A DNA stretch of 64,000 nt from NCBI GenBank assembly GCA_047967505.1, contig CM106538.1, one strand, 5' to 3'. Below, one piece after another: positions 59,570 through 64,000 of this stretch. The translations under genes and the position numbers were made by a program. Source of the stretch: Dipteris shenzhenensis. Lineage: Eukaryota. Every line of letters starts with the position of its first letter. The first letter of the stretch is position 1. The notes under the pieces were generated by a model. That model did no database searches and was not told the origin of the DNA. It was given only the letters and a program-made list of their open reading frames with translations.

Positions 59570-62500
59570 ATGACTTTGACATTCAATTCAACCAAAAACT
59601 TCACTTGTCTCAGCTGCCAACTCAGACATATCCATGGCGAGAAAATGTGTGGTGTCCACATTGCATGGCAAATCATACAGCAAATGAGTGCCCGGTCCTC
59701 AGAGCCAAGATCACTGCACAAGCAAATCCACCACCAAGGTTGTGGTGCCATATCTGTGTCATCGGTGGCCATGATGAAAACAGTTGCACCTTCAACATGC
59801 GCAACAACCCACCTCGAACTCAACAATACCAAGCGGCACCCATGCCAGTGTATAGGCAACCGGCACTTACATAAGTGCCCGCAGCTCTGAGGCTAAATCT
59901 TGTTCCCGTTTGGACACAAGTCCCACAACTACTCAAGAATCCGAATCCACGACCATATCTAAGAGCACCAAATTCAGCTCCTCAGGCAGTTCCAATACAT
60001 CAATTACAAGCCAAGGAAGTAGACTCGCCATTTGAGTATGAAGCAGAGAACCCAATGTACTATGTAAAAGGTGTAGAGGGTCTAATACCAATTAATGCAA
60101 ATCAAGTACGTCCCAACACATATCGCACACCAATCAAGTGCTACGGTTGTGGAGAAAATCATCGAATCGCAGAGTGCCCTCATCATGGTAGCCCAGCTAC
60201 TTTTTAACCACTCTGCAAAGATTGTGGCATAGGACATGCCTGCATGGATTGTCCCATGCAAAATAAGGTCCCATAACAAATAGAAGTAAAGCCTAACATC
60301 CCCATCGGCATCATTGGGGTGGACCATCCAAGTCTGGGTCCGGGAGTGTAAATTCACAACCTGTAAATGTAATTACACGGCAACAAAAAGAGGCCACCAA
60401 GGACCCTAACATTCCAATCCAAACAAAGCGATTTCTTAAAAAGAAAGCACAAGTGCGTCCACCTTTACCAAGTAATGAGCGGCTGAGTTCATCCACATCA
60501 ACTCCCGAGCCTCAAATAAAAGAAGCTCCATACCCAAATGCAGAGGTGGAGAAGGCTTGCTTTCAGGCACTTCAACAATGGGTACAAAAGGAATAAGCCC
60601 AATTTGAGGCTGAGAAAAAAGCTCAATTTGAGGCTGAGAAACAAGCTCAAGACCCAATCTATGACTTGGCCCCACAAAGTAATGATACTGTACTCGAGCC
60701 TCTATTCCAACAGCAGGCTCCAGAGCATAATGTACCACCATGTGAACTTGAAGGAGCCACACTATCTAGCATCTTGAGTTGCCCTGTGTCAATTCCCATC
60801 GGAATCCTCCTGCGGTATTGTCCCAATCTCTCAGAGAGTTTCAAAGGATGGATTGAACTCGCAAATCCCCCTCCACCTATGAATGACATTGAAGATATCC
60901 CTGTGCGGATGGGTGAGAGAGATGACATATGCAACATTACTGTGCCTTTGATCCACAAGGCATATAATGAAGTCCAAGCCATAGTGGATGGTGGATCAGG
61001 TGTAAATGTCCTATCAAAGGAGCTCTACGAAGAATGGGGTCTCCCACTAATGCAAAAGGCTAATTTTAACGTAAACCTTGTCAATGATTCATGGGTGAAA
61101 CCCTTGGGAATAGTAAATGGCGTGTCCACAAAGATTGCAGGAGTCTGCTTTTCCCTTCAATTCACAATTTTGGATCTCTCCAAAAAATCCTATCAAATCT
61201 TACCGGGACATCCTTGGTTACAAGAAGCATCAGTCCTCCATGATTGGGGAACTGATCGATTGACAATCGAGAATCGCGACACCGTAGTCAGGGTGAATGT
61301 GGGGGCATGAGCTATTAAACCAATTGTTCCTAGTAGCATTGGATGACACATCTTCCACGACAATCTCAAGCAAATCAGCTCCCCTGCAGCAGCATGCCAT
61401 AGCGGGTGACTCACAAAGCAATGTCAATAACTGGATACAAACATTGGCAACCATCAACAACTACCATTCATTAGACCCCATCTTCTCACAAATAGATGCT
61501 AATGCACTACAAGTCAATCCTCCACTGACACATGAAGAACCAATTGATCTAGAGATGCCATTCTTTATGTCTAACCTCGAATGGGATAATGAACTTGAAG
61601 AAGGTACCAATACCAATGATGACTCAGATTTTCCTTGGGAACTTGAAACAATGGCTGCGAATGTTAAAATTAAAGATCAAATCTTTGATAATGACTTAGC
61701 CATTCTACATGCCCTAATGGCAATCGAGCTAAGTTGAACCTCCGCAGTTGAATAACAACAGAAGATCCCGCAAGAAAGTTGAAGGAGAAAATCACAGAAA
61801 AGCCAAGGTCAAGCACTTGAATGAATTCGAATGAGTCCAAACAAGGATCATCGAATTGTACCTTGCAAAGTCAACTCCCTCAAAATCAGAACCACCGCAC
61901 ATGAACCCTTACTTGGAAACACCTTACCAGTGGAAAAGTTACCCCATAGTTCCCAATGTAAGAAGTTTCGGAAATATAAGCCACATGTGCGGATGAAGCT
62001 CAATCAAGAGACTTCAGAAAAAGAAAGAAAAGAAGAGCCTAACAAATTAATAAATGCAACTATGCCACCCAGTACACATGACACATGTCAGGCTAGTTCA
62101 ACCCCATCAGAGGCCGATCTTCGAGAAGTGCCAGAATACTTCAAGAATTATACTAGTGGTAGTGCACCAATAGCAATGCTAAGAGCACTTAGAGAATTTA
62201 AAGTTCAAGAAACCGATAGCATCGGAGAAACTACAATCTATGAGGGACCGACAAAAACACGCACAATAAACCTCCCCTTGAAAGGGGACGAAGAAAAATT
62301 GGTTTTCATTGGGAAATAGCTTTGTCACGAAGATGAAACCAAACTCAAAGAACTCCTAATGGAATACCGTGACTGCCTAGCATGGTCATACAAAGAGATA
62401 AAAGGAATTTCACCAGAAGTGGTAGTACACACGATACCTATAAGGGAAGGTGCTCACCCTAAGGTATGTTGACCTTATTGCACAAATCCTTAATATGGCA

Positions 62501-64000
62501 CCATGGTTTTTGATGAGCTGGAAAAACTCCTAGATGCCGGATTCATCTACGAGATAGAGCACACTGATTGGGTTTCACCCATTGTCATTGTACCTAAATG
62601 CAACAAGAAGCTCAGAATATGCGTAAACTTAAAAAATGTGAATGCCGCCACAATTAGGGATCACTATCCCCTACCCTTAACAAAAACAATGTTGGAAAAG
62701 GTGGCAGGATCCAAAATATATAGCTTCTTGGATGGCTTCAATGGCTATAACCAAGTGCAAATTGCTCCTCAAGACCAATCAAAAATAGCATTTGCTACAG
62801 AATGGGGTATTTTTTGCATATAGAGTCATGCCATTCGGCCTTTGTAATGCCCTAGCCACATTCTAGCGAGTCATGTATTCTAGCGAGTCATGTTCACAGC
62901 TTTCAAGTCATTTTTGAATAAGTTTTTACAGGTGTTCTTGGATGATTTGTGCATCCATTCAAACAAACAAGACCACTTTAAATGTCTTGAAGAAGTACTA
63001 ATCAAATGCAGGGAGTATGGCATCTCCCTAAATCCAACAAAATGCCAGTTCATGGTCACCCACGGAGTTGTTTTGGGACACATCGTCTCTCAACATGGGA
63101 TTGCAACTGACATGGAAAAAATCAAAATCATCATGGAATTGCCTCCTCCTACAAATTCCAAAGGTGTACAGGCCTTTATGGGACATGCCGGCTATTATAG
63201 AAGATTTATATTGTGGTATGCCATGATAGCTTGACCACTTTACAAATTATTAGTGGAGTTCTTATGGACCGAAGAGTGTGACCAAGCCTTTGAGCTTTTA
63301 AAGTGGTGCCTAATCACAGTACCCATCCTTATATCTCCCAATTGGGATATTGATTTTCATGTTCATACTGATGGATCCAAGTATGCAATTGGGAGTGTGC
63401 TTTGTCAACCTGGTAAACATAAGAAAAACTACCCCTTCTACTTCGCCAATCGACAACTCAATGATGCAGAGATCAACTATACAACCATAGGAAGAGAAGC
63501 CCTAGCAATGGTGTATAGTGTAAAGAAATTTTGGCACTATCTACTAGTAAATGATTTTGTCTTCTACACTGACCATCAAGCATTGCTTTATCTTGTGAAC
63601 TGTCCATGTACCACAGGAAGAATAACCAAATGGCTCCTCTTGCTTCAAGAATTCAACTCCAAAATAGTGGTCCGCAAAGGTGCCCAACACTACATTGCCG
63701 ATCACATGTCTCGAGTCAAGTCGGGAGAAGAAGCCACTAGAGTAGAAGACGACTTACTAGATGCCACACTATTTCAAATAGATGTTGTTCCAGAATGGTG
63801 CGGGGATATCATTGGGTACTTGATGGTAGGAAGACCACCCCCTGACATGAAAGCAGTAGATGCCAAAAAATTGATTCTAAAGGATGCACCCTATCAACTC
63901 ATTACAGGACAACTGTACAAGATGGGCAAGGACCAGATCTTAAGAAGATTTGTAATGCCTCATGAGATCATGCCAATCCTGAGTGAAGTCCATGAAGGCA
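59570..64000 (+). mobile_element. Degenerate non-chromovirus Ty3/Gypsy gag-pol (knuckles, PR, RT, RNase H, start of IN), running off the window
   Basis: Zinc knuckles at 59653-60255, AIVDGGSGVN protease, WVSPIVIVPK..KLRICV, SFLDGFNGYNQ, VFLDD and HVHTDGSKYAIG; several stops and frameshifts. Confidence 0.9.

Overview
Transposon-dense, repeat-rich land-plant nuclear DNA (probably a large-genome non-flowering plant such as a fern; this is inference only). The only apparently intact host gene is a P-class PPR gene (5457-7217) built by exact 210-nt tandem duplications and followed by a decaying repeat tail. It abuts a truncated Helitron2/Helentron-like element on its left (spliced RPA-like pseudogene plus Rep/Hel N-terminal region). 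The rest is nested, mostly decayed Gypsy, Copia and LINE sequence. The standout is a very young, intact Ty1/Copia element (24847-32132) with 257-bp LTRs that look identical, a TGCCT TSD, a tRNA-Met PBS, a PPT and an uninterrupted gag-pol ORF. Its unusually long 2.4-kb leader carries a mosaic of captured host-gene fragments: an antisense phenylalanine ammonia-lyase (PAL) segment including the MIO-forming ASG motif, a probable FRIGIDA-like piece and unidentified GC3-rich pieces. A dense G-box/ABRE-like array lies next to them. All family assignments come from motif recognition by eye, with no database searches.
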